64,000 nt of DNA from Amphiscolops sp. MND2022 (lineage: Eukaryota): positions 26,970,001 through 27,034,000 of the forward strand of contig OZ076412.1 of NCBI GenBank assembly GCA_964187785.1. Reading direction: 5' to 3'. This document shows positions 25,674-39,600 of this stretch, in pieces. The stretch's first letter is position 1. Each line of letters opens with the position of its first letter. Made by a program: the position numbers and the translations under genes. The notes beneath the pieces were generated by a model. That model searched no databases, had not been told where the DNA came from, and was given only the letters and a program-made list of their open reading frames with translations.

Positions 25674-27697
25674 TGGATCTTCGTGAAGCTCGAATGTCAA
25701 AACCTTGTTCACAATATTAGAAGGGATGGACAACGCTTATGATGATTGGTCTTGGTTCTTGGTGAATTAGTTTCAAAAGTTTTAGTTTAGCAAGAGAAAG
25801 ACTAAATTCCAGATATATGAGTACCAACTGAGGGAAAATCAACAAACTAAGCATGTCACCATGCTCAAATTATATTTTCATTCATAAACACGCACAAGTA
25901 CAGTGTCAAATCGAACTTTTGCGTTAACGATCATTAAAATGATAAATAAATTGCTACTGTTTAACAGTAAAATAAAGAACGTGGAGCTGCAAAAACATTT
26001 CCAATGATGGAAGATACACTGCAGTTAAGAGATTTTGACAATTCAGTAAAATTGTCAAAATGTGCAAAACGGGACAAATTTCGTGACCATAATAAAAAGG
26101 CGGAAATGAGTATGCAAGCGAAAGAACGTTGTATTCAAGCTATTTAGACATAATCTAGTGCACTGTTGTGTTTTTGGGGGTTATAAAAGCAATTAACAAA
26201 TGTTGAAGCAAATTGATGAAACCAGGGTCACGGGGCATAAGGAATGTTAATCAGCGCATGGATAAGTTAGTGTCAATGCAGACTAAATTCCATAGAACAG
26301 TGCACTTCAATTCTGTTGTCTGTTGCTGTTGCATTCTATTCTGATCGTTTCTATCTTCTATCTGCGTTGCATTATGGTCACTAAATTCCAGACGTTTTTC
26401 AAATAGACCATGTCTGAGAAGACATTTGAAAGGAGAGTGTCAAAACCTTGTTCACAATATTAGAAGGGATGGACAACGCTTATGATGATTGGTCTTGGTT
26501 CTTGGTGAATTAGTTTCAAAAGTTTTAGTTTAGCAAGAGAAAGACTAAATTCCAGATATATGAGTACCAACTGAGGGAAAATCAACAAACTAAGCATGTC
26601 ACCATGCTCAAATTATATTTTCATTCATAAACACGCACAAGTACAGTGTCAAATCGAACTTTTGCGTTAACGATCATTAAAATGATAAATAAATTGCTAC
26701 TGTTTAACAGTAAAATAAAGAACGTGGAGCTGCAAAAACAATTCCAATGATGGAAGATACACTGCAGTTAAGAGATTTTGACAATTCAGTAAAATTGTCA
26801 AAATGTGCAAAACGGGACAAATTTCGTGACCATAATAAAAAGGCGGAAATGAGTATGCAAGCGAAAGAACGTTGTATTCAAGCTATTTAGACATAATCTA
26901 GTGCACTGTTGTGTTTTTGGGGGTTATAAAAGCAATTAACAAATGTTGAAGCAAATTGATGAAACCAGGGTCACGGGGCATAAGGAATGTTAATCAGCGC
27001 ATGGATAAGTTAGTGTCAATGCAGACTAAATTCCATAGAACAATGCACTTCAATTCTGTTGTCTGTTGCTGTTGCATTCTATTCTGATCGTTTCTATCTT
27101 CTATCTGCGTTGCATTATGGTCACTAAATTCCAGACGTTTTTCCAATAGACCATGTCTGAGAAGACATTTGAAAGGAGAGTGTCGTTGGACGCTCACTAT
27201 AAAGAGCAGGATGAGTGGGAGGATTTTTGGTTCGGTGACTGGGTCACGTGAGATGAAAAGGAGGATGCGGAGAGATGTGATAGGTTGCGGATCCCCCTAG
27301 AATGTTGGGTTGGTCCGAAGACAACAAGTTCTTTGGCATAAGAAAGAAGTGTCCACATGGCTGGCAAACTCATCCACGCCGCAAGCGATTGACTGCCAGA
27401 CGAAAACCTCAGGCGAGAGAAATAAACAGACAGTACCGTGAATTCGGCAAGAAAGTCTGCAAAAAGGCTTGACGAAGGGATGCAGTATCCCAGTATCGAA
27501 GGTTGCAGCTAGAGGTTCGCCCGGATCTCAAACCAAAGTAGAAAGTTGTCGAGTGCGATGATGAGCCGTTATCGAAGCTCAAGAAAAAGATTGAGCTTGA
27601 ACACTTGATTGAAGAAGAGCTGCTTCGTACTAGTACCTACTTTTATTTGTGGTCACCCTCTTCTTCTGGTAAAGCTTTCTGTTTTTTGGTAAGTTAA
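25674..27697 (-). repeat. 5' LTR of BEL/Pao 2, expanded by an internal 743-bp tandem duplication
   Basis: Starts TGGATCTTCG like the 3' LTR (TGGAGCTTCG); ends GGTAAGTTAA vs GGTAAAATCA. Confidence 0.85.
25695..27180. repeat. 743-bp tandem duplication (25695-26437, 26438-27180)
   Basis: Near-identical units; TGTC at 25695, 26438 and 27181 marks a microhomology junction. Confidence 0.92.
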
Positions 27698-27968
27698 TCC
27701 GTTGTTTCGAAAAGCGGTGGGCTCGTTGATCAGTGTGCGAACAACAGAAAACTTTGGAAAGACGCGTGATGAAAATTTCACTGCTCTCGCCTAAAAAATC
27801 CTGTACTTCCATGGCCACCGGTTGAAATAAATATCCATTGTCTATCATTGGGAATACATTTCAATTTTACGCGCTTCAATCTCGTTGGCGGAAGTTCCCA
27901 GTTGCATAAAATGACTTGATTCAGGCGACTAGCAGCAAGAGTTTCCACAACAGTGACATCCCACACAT
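27698..27968 (-). mobile_element. CRE copy (RLE part), continuation of 19240-19347; duplicated at ~34278-34548
   Basis: Minus-strand WDVTVVETLAASRLNQ and GYLFQPVAMEVQ..IFITRL. Confidence 0.8.
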
Positions 27969-28889
27969 CATTGTTAAGCCTCTTTTTGACATGTTTAGCA
28001 TCGGTTCAGAGAAAGCATAACCGAATGCCAAGTTCACAGTTTTCAGAAATCATTAAAGTCCAAATCAAAATGCTTGTCTCATCTGACATAATATAACCAT
28101 TCTTTTTCTTTGATTTATTTGGTCGTATATTCGGATACGAGTCAAACTGTCGACCGTCAGAATTTTTTTGGCATTTCGATTTCCAAAACTGATATTTCAA
28201 AACTTTGCATTTGCCGTGTATGCACGCTCGCCCCCACTGTCACAAAGCCCATCTCCCACGTCGATCGTTCCCTGCTTCTGTACTCCCATTCAACATCGCT
28301 TAGCAAGATGAGAGCACAGGGGCCACAAAGTGTCACGGGTCACTAGAGGAGATAAAGACATATCTGAGGCACCTTCTATACTATTAGAATTCTATAATTA
28401 TACTTTCCATCTTGGAGTCAAAATGACATTTCCACATTTTGACTCGTTACCGAACATTTACAATAAACCCACAAATTAAAAGCAAATCAAAATGCTGGAA
28501 AATATATGCATTTAAACAACAACTTTCTGAGTGCCTAGTTGTTGTGATAGAATTGTTCGATAGCTTTAGATTTGGCAATGATTTCAATTTGAGACAACTT
28601 GACAACATCTCTAACGCTGTTTTGTTGGTTTGTCGCTACACTTGGGCTGAAAGAACTATCACACCTCGGTGAGACAATTCCATTCCTACTTCATTTTATT
28701 TTTTTCAAGGTTTTGTTTCATTACGGATTGCTTCAGTGTGGTGGTTGTTTTTTTGCGGAGATTGGCACACACCCCAATGTGGTGTTCATGGAATTGTTTG
28801 TGTTTCGAGGTTGAGTTTTGATGAAAAACGACGTATCATGCAACGTTTTGAAGTATTTGATGCCCTCAGGTTTGATAGACTGAGTAAAA

Positions 28890-29780
28890 TGTAAGCTTTG
28901 CAAGATACGGAAGTCGACAAGTACGTGTAGGCACCAAAAGGTGCGCTGAATTTGCCTCACATGTTCTCCGTTGTCTGATAGGAAGCCCCTGCCCACAGAA
29001 AACGTTGTCTTGAAACTGCAATTTAAACGTTTTCAATTCGATAAAACGACAATTCATTCTCGAGTAAACTTTTGAAATACACCCTGAAGATTATGAATAC
29101 TCGCACTCGGCGAACAGACAACCAGGTTTCCTTTTCACGGTGATTCAGTCTTCGAATCTTGTGAAGGGACCGCGGAAGGAGATCCTGAGGATTCAATTTC
29201 AATTTCGGATTCCATTCAGGATCTGATTGACAGCTTGGAGTAGAAAACAAACTTATGGTATCCTAACTATGTAAATTCAAGTGATAATTACAGAACCGTT
29301 CTGAAAGAGCTTGAAAAAATGTTGGACCCAAAAAACGCTGCGACTCAAAATTAAACCTACGAAATGTGAATTTTTTATTTTTTTTATTTGGTCACATCAA
29401 TGAAAAATGACCAGCGACAATTTTACCATCTTTCCAGAAAATCTGACCCGAGATCAAAAAACAACAAAAGATGATTTTACTATTCTCGGTTCGCCACTCG
29501 GAAAAAATCGCAAGCAGATTTGTTGGAAAATAAAATTAATGAACTGGAAAAAAATAAAAGAATCGTTGAAAAGCTGGTTGCTCATTATAGTGTTTTTATG
29601 TTGGAAAATTGCTTCAGTCTGCCAAAGTTTTTGTACTTCTTGAGAACCAGTACATGTTTTAATCATCCAACTCTCTTGGGAAAGTATGACAAAATCGTAC
29701 GCGACGGATTTTCTAGAGTGTGTATTGTGAATTTTGACGAAACTTCGAGTGCGCAGCTGGTTTCCTTGGTCCACCTTCCC
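28890..29780 (+). mobile_element. Degenerate CRE RT/thumb fragment; duplicated at ~35470-36360
   Basis: Homologous to copy B 2130-3540 (GTAGGCACCAAAA, GATTCAATTCAGGATCTGATTGACAG, LENCFSLPKFLYFLRTSTCF). Confidence 0.75.
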
Positions 29781-30089
29781 TAAGGATGAAGAAGAAAAAG
29801 AAATTGAATTCACTTTGATGCGTATGTAAACGAATGAACGTATAAAAAAGAACATTCAAACAACTAAAGAAACTACAGCACAAAAGGTGACCCTTCAAAG
29901 GTGTTCCTAAACACGGGAGGACCCTCCAAATACATGGAATCAGCAAAAAACTACGTCAGCCAGACGTTTGCGATTCATTTTGTTTTACTGTCTAAGCATA
30001 ACTTCTTCGTCTCATTTTCACCAAAGGATCCTGAATTGCGATGTAACATCTTCGTTTTTAGATTCAGAAAGGATTCAGAAACAAAGTTC

Positions 30090-33000
30090 CGCGATATTTA
30101 AGTGACTGTCGACTGACTTCTGTTGGTACTTCAGGTACATGAAACATTTTGGAAAAAAACGGAGGATATCAGTGAATTTTCATGGATAAACAGAGTCTTG
30201 ATATTGGGCAGTTTTCTTGCTCTACCTGTATAGTTGCTCTACTAGACTTCAATAGTTCAAATACGTAAACGTCGAATTGTTCACGCTTTGGCTTCTTTTG
30301 AAAAGTTCATCAGAAAGATATCTTCGGTTTTCAAAAAACAGAATGTCTAGAACTTGTTCAGAACAAGAAATTTATTATTCAGTATACTTTTGGTCGTGCA
30401 AACATATTTCAAGAGTTTGTTTTAGATTTTGGGTTTCATTGTTTGTGTTGTAACTTCTTATAACTAAAAAACAACTGTTGAGATGCCTCATACGCTTATT
30501 AACAGATATTTTTGGCTTATTCACTCAAATCTCATTGGAAGTGGAACTTGTAAGTTCAATTTTTTATCAAGTAGGATTCCCAGATATTTGATATTCAGTA
30601 CTGGTTTTTTCAGTCTTTTTAAAGACAAGATTGTCATCTGTCTAGTTTAAGAAATAGACCAATTCAGTTTTATGTATGTTTTGACTCGGTTTTTTCATGA
30701 CTATCCATTCAAGAGTGGGTCCAATTTCACCTTGCATTGAACTTGTTTCATTTTCATTTCCCACGTAAAGACAATTGGCGAGAACGGCGAAGAGAAACGG
30801 AATAATGTTTTCACAAGACTTTGGGAAATCATTAACATAAATAATGAAAAACAGTTGTCCCAGAATAAATCCTTGGGGAACACCACGTTCAATAAGTAAA
30901 ACTTTGAGACTTTACCTTTATTTGAAACACATGGACTCCGCTCACTTAGATATGATGTGAACCAATCCAAGCGGACTCCTCTGACACCATATGCTTCGAG
31001 TTTGTACGGGAGATACTCTTGGTTAATGCATCAAAGGCTTTCACCAAATCAAGCAACAAACAAGAATTAATGAAGTTAAAATCATCCCAAAGCTTTTCAG
31101 TATTATCAGAAGGAGCGTGAATGGTGCTGATTTTCGATCTGAAGCCAAACTGTCTTGAGTAAAAAATTTCATTTCGTTCACGAAATTAAATAATCGCTCT
31201 TATACAACAAGTTCAATTACTTTGCTTTTTACTGACAAAACTGATTTGGGTCTGTAACTGTCACGTATAGATTTGTTGCCGGACTTGAATGTCGGTACAC
31301 CTCTCGCTGCCTTATAAACATGAGGAAATGTTACAATTTTTAGCTGTTCATTCACAAGCTAAGTAACTTTTTCAACTATTACATTGAGACTCACTTTTGG
31401 ATTTCCTGCAGTCAACCCATCTAGGCCAGGGTGATTTTCGGTTCTTCAGATTTTTAATAGTCCTCGAACATTTTGTGCAATCAGCTGGATAGAAGCAGCT
31501 ATTTTAAGTTTGAGCAGCTTAGGTCTTACTGATAGACAAGAACTTTTCATTGAACGATTCAGCAGCATCAATGTCATCCGTTTTCAATTCTTTTGTTCGG
31601 TTCTTGATAACCAAATTGGAATTATTTTTTGCTTTACCAGTGATTTTGTTAAGTTCTTAGTAGAAAGATTCAGCGTTATTGATTAGTCTACTCAAACGAG
31701 AATCATAGTAATCGCGTTTGCATTTCGAAAATGCTGGTGGACAATATTTCTGGCTCTTCTATACCGTACTTTGTTCTGATGGGTTTTCCAGCGCTTGTAT
31801 CTATGGAATGTACAATTCCACCGGATTAGGATTTTTTAAAAAACTTTCCTCTCAGAACCAAGGTCTCACGGCACTTAGGGGTTCCGTTATTTTTTTGTAC
31901 AGTGAAAGCAGTTATTGTTTCCGATATTGCAAGGGTAAAAGGTTAGGTAGATGTGTTGATATCCGGTAATAAGTCTACAAGTTCCAAGCAAGAGTTCAAG
32001 TGTAATATATAGAGATATTTGATATTACAGTGTCGGAGAAACAATCTATCCTTGATAAAATGATGAGAATGAATAGATTGGGATTTGTTTATATTGACTT
32101 CAACGTAAGTTGAAAAATGGTCTGTAATACATTTCTTGATAACCCCAAAATGCAGAGGTCTTTCGTAGTCATTAAGGATTCCGAGTCTTGCGTCACACGG
32201 TTGGTTCTTCGTTTGCGTTACTGCAACCGTGAATTCCCATTAGGTTCAGATACCTATTTGCTTCAGTATTGCATTCCAAGAGGTCAAAATTAAAATGGCC
32301 TAACAAATTGTAGGTCTTAATTTTATTGAAAGACTCAAGAAGTAACTCGAACTGATCCAAAAAATCCTATTTATTTGCGGAAGGTGAACTGTATAAACAT
32401 ACAACGAAACAACTTCCCTTGTCATTAGTGGGACAATATACTTCTGGGATAGGATCTGTTTATATGCTAAGCTCCAATGTTTCAATGTACAGCAATTCTT
32501 GAACATGTATTGTGAGACCTTCATTTCTAGTTGAACCAGGGTCAAATTTCTTAGGGGCAGAGGTTTCTGCTGAGTAGGAACTCTTGGGTGATGATTCAGT
32601 AATCCATGTTTCGAAACAGCAAAGAATAGACGGTTTGTTTTCGAGGAAGGTATCTAGTAGCATTTCTAGTTCTTCAAAGTGATAGTCGATAGACCTTATG
32701 TTCAAATGGAAAACTCGTTCGTTCCCAACCTTTTGTACTTTCAGGTTTCTAGATTTACTACGTTTCAGGGTGTAAATCAGTGTAACCCAAACAAAACTGC
32801 AATCTATTTTTACAAACACAGAGTGAACAAAAGCCGGATCCATTTCATACAACTTAATGGGGATCTCAAATACAATTTTTGAAATCTTTGCTTGATAAAA
32901 TACAAATTCTTCATTATTCAAATTGACAGAAGTTTAATCTTGATGTTATCGCAAGGCCTTAGCCAACCTTGCTCTCAATAAAGTAAGGTCGTCATTACAT

Positions 33001-33112
33001 AGATTCGATTTTCACCTTCTTTGATTTTTGACTTATTGGTCACCAGGCCCAATTTCATTCGTTTCCGCACAAATTTTGCAATAATTGTATGCCCTTTACC
33101 AGCTTCACACTT
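30090..33112 (-). mobile_element. Decayed L2/Crack-like LINE, copy 1 (5' end cut by duplication junction)
   Basis: APE start FHLNIRSI..CCFETW (32700-32600); RT LLDLVKAFD (~31040), DWFTSYLSER. 3' end approximate. Confidence 0.7.
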
Positions 33113-36100
33113 TCAAGAGAAAGACTAAATTCCAGATATATGAGTACCAACTGAGGGAAAATCAACAAACTAAGCATGTCACCATGCTCAAATTATATTT
33201 TCATTCATAAACACGCACAAGTACAGTGTCAAATCGAACTTTTGCGTTAACGATCATTAAAATGATAACTAAATTGCTACTGTTTACCAGTAAAATAAAG
33301 AACGTGGAGCTGCAAAAACATTTCCAATGATGGAAGATACACTGCAGTTAAGAGATTTTGACAATTCAGTAAAATTGTCAAAATGTGCAAAACGGGACAA
33401 ATTTCGTGACCATAATAAAAAGGCGGAAATGAGTATGCAAGCGAAAGAACGTTGTATTCAAGCTATTTAGACATAATCTAGTGCACTGTTGTGTTTTTGG
33501 GGGTTATAAAAGCAATTAACAAATGTTGAAGCAAATTGATGAAACCAGGGTCACGGGGCATAAGGAATGTTAATCAGCGCATGGATAAGTTAGTGTCAAT
33601 GCAGACTAAATTCCATAGAACAATGCACTTCAATTCTGTTGTCTGTTGCTGTTGCATTCTATTCTGATCGTTTCTATCTTCTATCTGCGTTGCATTATGG
33701 TCACTAAATTCCAGACGTTTTTCAAATAGACCATGTCTGAGAAGACATTTGAAAGGAGAGTGTCGTTGGACGCTCACTATAAAGAGCAGGATGAGTGGGA
33801 GGATTTTTGGTTCGGTGACTGGGTCACGTGAGATGAAAAGGAGGATGCGGAGAGATGTGATAGGTTGCGGATCCCCCTAGAATGTTGGGTTGGTCCGAAG
33901 ACAACAAGTTCTTTGGCATAAGAAAGAAGTGTCCACATGGCTGGCAAACTCATCCACGCCGCAAGCGATTGACTGCCAGACGAAAACCTCAGGCGAGAGA
34001 AATAAACAGACAGTACCGTGAATTCGGCAAGAAAGTCTGCAAAAAGGCTTGACGAAGGGATGCAGTATCCCAGTATCGAAGGTTGCAGCTAGAGGTTCGC
34101 CCGGATCTCAAACCAAAGTAGAAAGTTGTCGAGTGCGATGATGAGCCGTTATCGAAGCTCAAGAAAAAGATTGAGCTTGAACACTTGATTGAAGAAGAGC
34201 TGCTTCGTACTAGTACCTACTTTTATTTGTGGTCACCCTCTTCTTCTGGTAAAGCTTTCTGTTTTTTGGTAAGTTAATCCGTTGTTTCGAAAAGCGGTGG
34301 GCTCGTTGATCAGTGTGCGAACAACAGAAAACTTTGGAAAGACGCTTGATGAAAATTTCACTGCTCTCGCCTAAAAAATCCTGTACTTCCATGGCCACCG
34401 GTTGAAATAAATATCCATTGTCTATCATTGGGAATACATTTCAATTTTACGCGCTTCAATCTCGTTGGCGGAAGTTCCCAGTTGCATAAAATGACTTGAT
34501 TCAGGCGACTAGCAGCAAGAGTTTCCACAACAGTGACATCCCACACATCATTGTTAAGCCTCTTTTTGACATGTTTAGCATCGGTTCAGAGTAAGCATAA
34601 CCGAATGCCAAGTTCACAGTTTTCAGAAATCATTAAAGTCCAAATCAAAATGCTTGTCTCATCTGACATAATATAACCATTCTTTTTCTTTGATTTATTT
34701 GGTCGTATATTCGGATACGAGTCAAACTGTCGACCGTCAGAATTTTTTTGGCATTTCGATTTCCAAAACTGATATTTCAAAAACTTTGCATTTGCCGTGT
34801 ATGCACGCTCGCCCCCACTGTCACAAAGCCCATCTCCCACGTCGATCGTTCCCTGCTTCTGTACTCCCATTCAACATCGCTTAGCAAGATGAGAGCACAG
34901 GGGCCACAAAGTGTCACGGGTCACTAGAGGAGATAAAGACATATCTGAGGCACCTTCTATACTATTAGAATTCTATAATTATACTTTCCATCTTGGAGTC
35001 AAAATGACATTTCCACATTTTGACTCGTTACCGAACATTTACAATAAACCCACAAACTAGAAGCAAATCAAAATGCTGGAAAATATATGCATTTAAACAA
35101 CAACTTTCTGAGTGCCTAGTTGTTGTGATAGAATTGTTCGATAGCTTTAGATTTGGCAATGATTTCAATTTGAGACAACTTGACAACATCTCTAACGCTG
35201 TTTTGTTGGTTTGTCGCTACACTTGGGCTGAAAGAACTATCACACCTCGGTGAGACAATTCCATTCCTACTTCATTTTATTTTTTCAAGGTTTTGTTTCA
35301 TTACGGATTGCTTCAGTGTGGTGGTTGTTTTTTTGCGGAGATTGGCACACACCCCAATGTGGTGTTCATGGAATTGTTTGTGTTTCGAGGTTGAGTTTTG
35401 ATGAAAAACGACGTATCATGCAACGTTTTGAAGTATTTGAAGCCCTCAGGTTTGATAGACTGAGTAAAATGTAAGCTTTGCAAGATACGGAAGTCGACAA
35501 GTACGTGTAGGCACCAAAAGGTGCGCTGAATTTGCCTCACATGTTCTCCGTTGTCTGATAGGAAGCCCCTGCCCACAGAAAACGTTGTCTTGAAACTGCA
35601 ATTTAAACGTTTTCAATTCGATAAAACGACAATTCATTCTCGAGTAAACTTTTGAAATACACCCTGAAGATTATGAATACTCGCACTCGGCGAACAGACA
35701 ACCAGGTTTCCTTTTCACGGTGATTCAGTCTTCGAATCTTGTGAAGGGACCGCGGAAGGAGATCCTGAGGATTCAATTTCAATTTCGGATTCCATTCAGG
35801 ATCTGATTGACAGCTTGGAGTAGAAAACAAACTTATGGTATCCTAACTATGTAAATTCAAGTGATAATTACAGAACCGTTCTGAAAGAGCTTGAAAAAAT
35901 GTTGGACCCAAAAAACGCTGCGACTCAAAATTAAACCTACGAAATGTGAATTTTTTATTTTTTTTATTTGGTCACATCAATGAAAAATGACCAGCGACAA
36001 TTTTACCATCTTTCCAGAAAATCTGACCCGAGATCAAAAAACAACAAAAGATGATTTTACTATTCTCGGTTCGCCACTCGGAAAAAATCGCAAGCAGATT

Positions 36101-36669
36101 TGTTGGAAAATAAAATTAATGAACTGGAAAAAAATAAAAGAATCGTTGAAAAGCTGGTTGCTCATTATAGTGTTTTTATGTTGGAAAATTGCTTCAGTCT
36201 GCCAAAGTTTTTGTACTTCTTGAGAACCAGTACATGTTTTAATCATCCAACTCTCTTGGGAAAGTATGACAAAATCGTACGCGACGGATTTTCTAGAGTG
36301 TGTATTGTGAATTTTGACGAAACTTCGAGTGCGCAGCTGGTTTCCTTGGTCCACCTTCCCTAAGGATGAAGAAGAAAAAGAAATTGAATTCACTTTGATG
36401 CGTATGTAAACGAATGAACGTATAAAAAAGAACATTCAAACAACTAAAGAAACTACAGCACAAAAGGTGACCCTTCAAAGGTGTTCCTAAACACGGGAGG
36501 ACCCTCCAAATACATGGAATCAGCAAAAAACTACGTCAGCCAGACGTTTGCGATTCATTTTGTTTTACTGTCTAAGCATAACTTCTTCGTCTCATTTTCA
36601 CCAAAGGATCCTGAATTGCGATGTAACATCTTCGTTTTTAGATTCAGAAAGGATTCAGAAACAAAGTTC

Positions 36670-39600
36670 CGCGATATTTAAGTGACTGTCGACTGACTTC
36701 TGTTGGTACTTCAGGTACATGAAACATTTTGGAAAAAAACGGAGGATATCAGTGAATTTTCATGGATAAACAGAGTCTTGATATTGGGCAGTTTTCTTGC
36801 TCTACCTGTATAGTTGCTCTACTAGACTTCAATAGTTCAAATACGTAAACGTCGAATTGTTCACGCTTTGGCTTCTTTTGAAAAGTTCATCAGAAAGATA
36901 TCTTCGGTTTTCAAAAAACAGAATGTCTAGAACTTGTTCAGAACAAGAAATTTATTATTCAGTATACTTTTGGTCGTGCAAACATATTTCAAGAGTTTGT
37001 TTTAGATTTTGGGTTTCATTGTTTGTGTTGTAACTTCTTATAACTAAAAAACAACTGTTGAGATGCCTCATACGCTTATTAACAGATATTTTTGGCTAAT
37101 TCACTCAAATCTCATTGGAAGTGGAACTTGTAAGTTCAATTTTTTATCAAGTAGGATTCCCAGATATTTGATATTCAGTACTGGTTTTTTCAGTCTTTTT
37201 AAAGACAAGATTGTCATCTGTCTAGTTTAAGAAATAGACCAATTCAGTTTTATGTATGTTTTGACTCGGTTTTTTCATGACTATCCATTCAAGAGTGGGT
37301 CCAATTTCACCTTGCATTGAACTTGTTTCATTTTCATTTCCCACGTAAAGACAATTGGCGAGAACAGCGAAGAGAAACGGAATAATGTTTTCACAAGACT
37401 TTGGGAAATCATTAACATAAATAATGAAAAACAGTTGTCCCAGAATAAATCCGTGGGGAACACCACGTTCAATAAGTAAAACTTTGAGACTTTACCTTTA
37501 TTTGAAACACATGGACTCCGCTCACTTAGATATGATGTGAACCAATCCAAGCGGACTCCTCTGACACCATATGCTTCGAGTTTGTACGGGAGATACTCTT
37601 GGTTAATGCATCAAAGGCTTTCACCAAATCAAGCAACAAACAAGAATTAATGAAGTTAAAATCATCCCAAAGCTTTTCAGTATTATCAGAAGGAGCGTGA
37701 ATGGTGCTGATTTTCGATCTGAAGCCAAACTGTCTTGAGTAAAAAATTTCATTTCGTTCACGAAATTAAATAATCGCTCTTATACAACAAGTTCAATTAC
37801 TTTGCTTTTTACTGACAAAACTGATTTGGGTCTGTAACTGTCACGTATAGATTTGTTGCCGGACTTGAATGTCGGTACACCTCTCGCTGCCTTATAAACA
37901 TGAGGAAATGTTACAATTTTTAGCTGTTCATTCACAAGCTAAGTAACTTTTTCAACTATTACATTGAGACTCACTTTTGGTTTTCCTGCAGTCAACCCAT
38001 CTAGGCCAGGGTGATTTTCGGTTCTTCAGATTTTTAATAGTCATCGAACATTTTGTGCAATCAGCTGGATAGAAGCAGCTATTTTAAGTTTGAGCAGCTT
38101 AGGTCTTACTGATAGACAAGAACTTTTCATTGAACGATTCAGCAGCATCAATGTCATCCGTTTTCAATTCTTTTGTTCGGTTCTTGATAACCAAATTGGA
38201 ATTATTTTTTGCTTTACCAGTGATTTTGTTAAGTTCTTAGTAGAAAGATTCAGCGTTATTGATAAGTCTACTCAAACGAGAATCATAGTAATCGCGTTTG
38301 CATTTCGAAAATGCTGGTGGACAATATTTCTGGCTCTTCTATACCGTACTTTGTTCTGATGGGTTTTCCAGCGCTTGTATCTATGGAATGTACAATTCCA
38401 CCGGATTAGGATTTTTAAAAAAACTTTCCTCTCAGAACCAAGGTCTCACGGCACTTAGGGGTTCCGTTATTTTTTTGTACAGTGAAAGCATTTATTGTTT
38501 CCGATATTGCAAGGGTAAAAGGTTAGGTAGATGTGTTGATATCCGGTAATAAGTCTACAAGTTCCAAGCAAGAGTTCAAGTGTAATATATAGAGATATTT
38601 GATATTACAGTGTCGGAGAAACAATCTATCCTTGATAAAATGATGAGAATGAATAGATTGGGATTTGTTTATATTGACTTCAACGTAAGTTGAAAAATGG
38701 TCTGTAATACATTTCTTGATAACCCCAAAATGCAGAGGTCTTTCGTAGTCATTAAGGATTCCGAGTCTTGCGTCACACGGTTGGTTCTTCGTTTGCGTTA
38801 CTGCAACCGTGAATTCCCATTAAGTTCAGATACCTATTTGCTTCAGTATTGCATTCCAAGAGGTCAAAATTAAAATGGCCTAACAAATTGTAGGTCTTAA
38901 TTTTATTGAAAGACTCAAGAAGTAACTCGAACTGATCCAAAAAATCCTATTTATTTGCGGAAGGTGAACTGTATAAACATACAACGAAACAACTTCCCTT
39001 GTCATTAGTGGGACAATATACTTCTGGGATAGGATCTGTTTATATGCTAAGCTCCAATGTTTCAATGTACAGCAATTCTTGAACATCTATTGTGAGACCT
39101 TCATTTCTAGTTGAACCAGGGTCAAATTTCTTAGGGGCAGAGGTTTCTGCTGAGTAGGAACTCTTGGGTGATGATTCAGTAATCCATGTTTCGAAACAGC
39201 AAAGAATAGACGGTTTGTTTTCGAGGAAGGTATCTAGTAGCATTTCTAGTTCTTCAAAGTGATAGTCGATAGACCTTATGTTCAAATGGAAAACTCGTTC
39301 GTTCCCAACCTTTTGTACTTTCAGGTTTCTAGATTTACTACGTTTCAGGGTGTAAATCAGTGTAACCCAAACAAAACTGCAATCTATTTTTACAAACACA
39401 GAGTGAACAAAAGCCGGATCCATTTCATACAACTTAATGGGGATCTCAAATACAATTTTTGAAATCTTTGCTTGATAAAATACAAATTCTTCATTATTCA
39501 AATTGACAGAAGTTTAATCCTGATGTTATCGCAAGGCCTTAGCCAACCTTGCTCTCAATAAAGTAAGGTCGTCATTACATAGATTCGATTTTCACCTTCT

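Larger units (their letters stand above)
19348..27697 (-). mobile_element. BEL/Pao LTR retrotransposon 2 with long LTRs and 5-bp TSD
   Basis: gag (IKLPKIEFPNFSG; LEQRYANK), protease (RALLDSGSETNF), RT (YLPHHFV..KLRFGFD), RNase H (HLFCDASELAYAA; NPADLATRG), integrase (SPHWGGLWESGIK; ILNSRPL). TSD ACCGT 19343-47 / TCCGT 27698-702 inside a CRE element. Confidence 0.93.
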
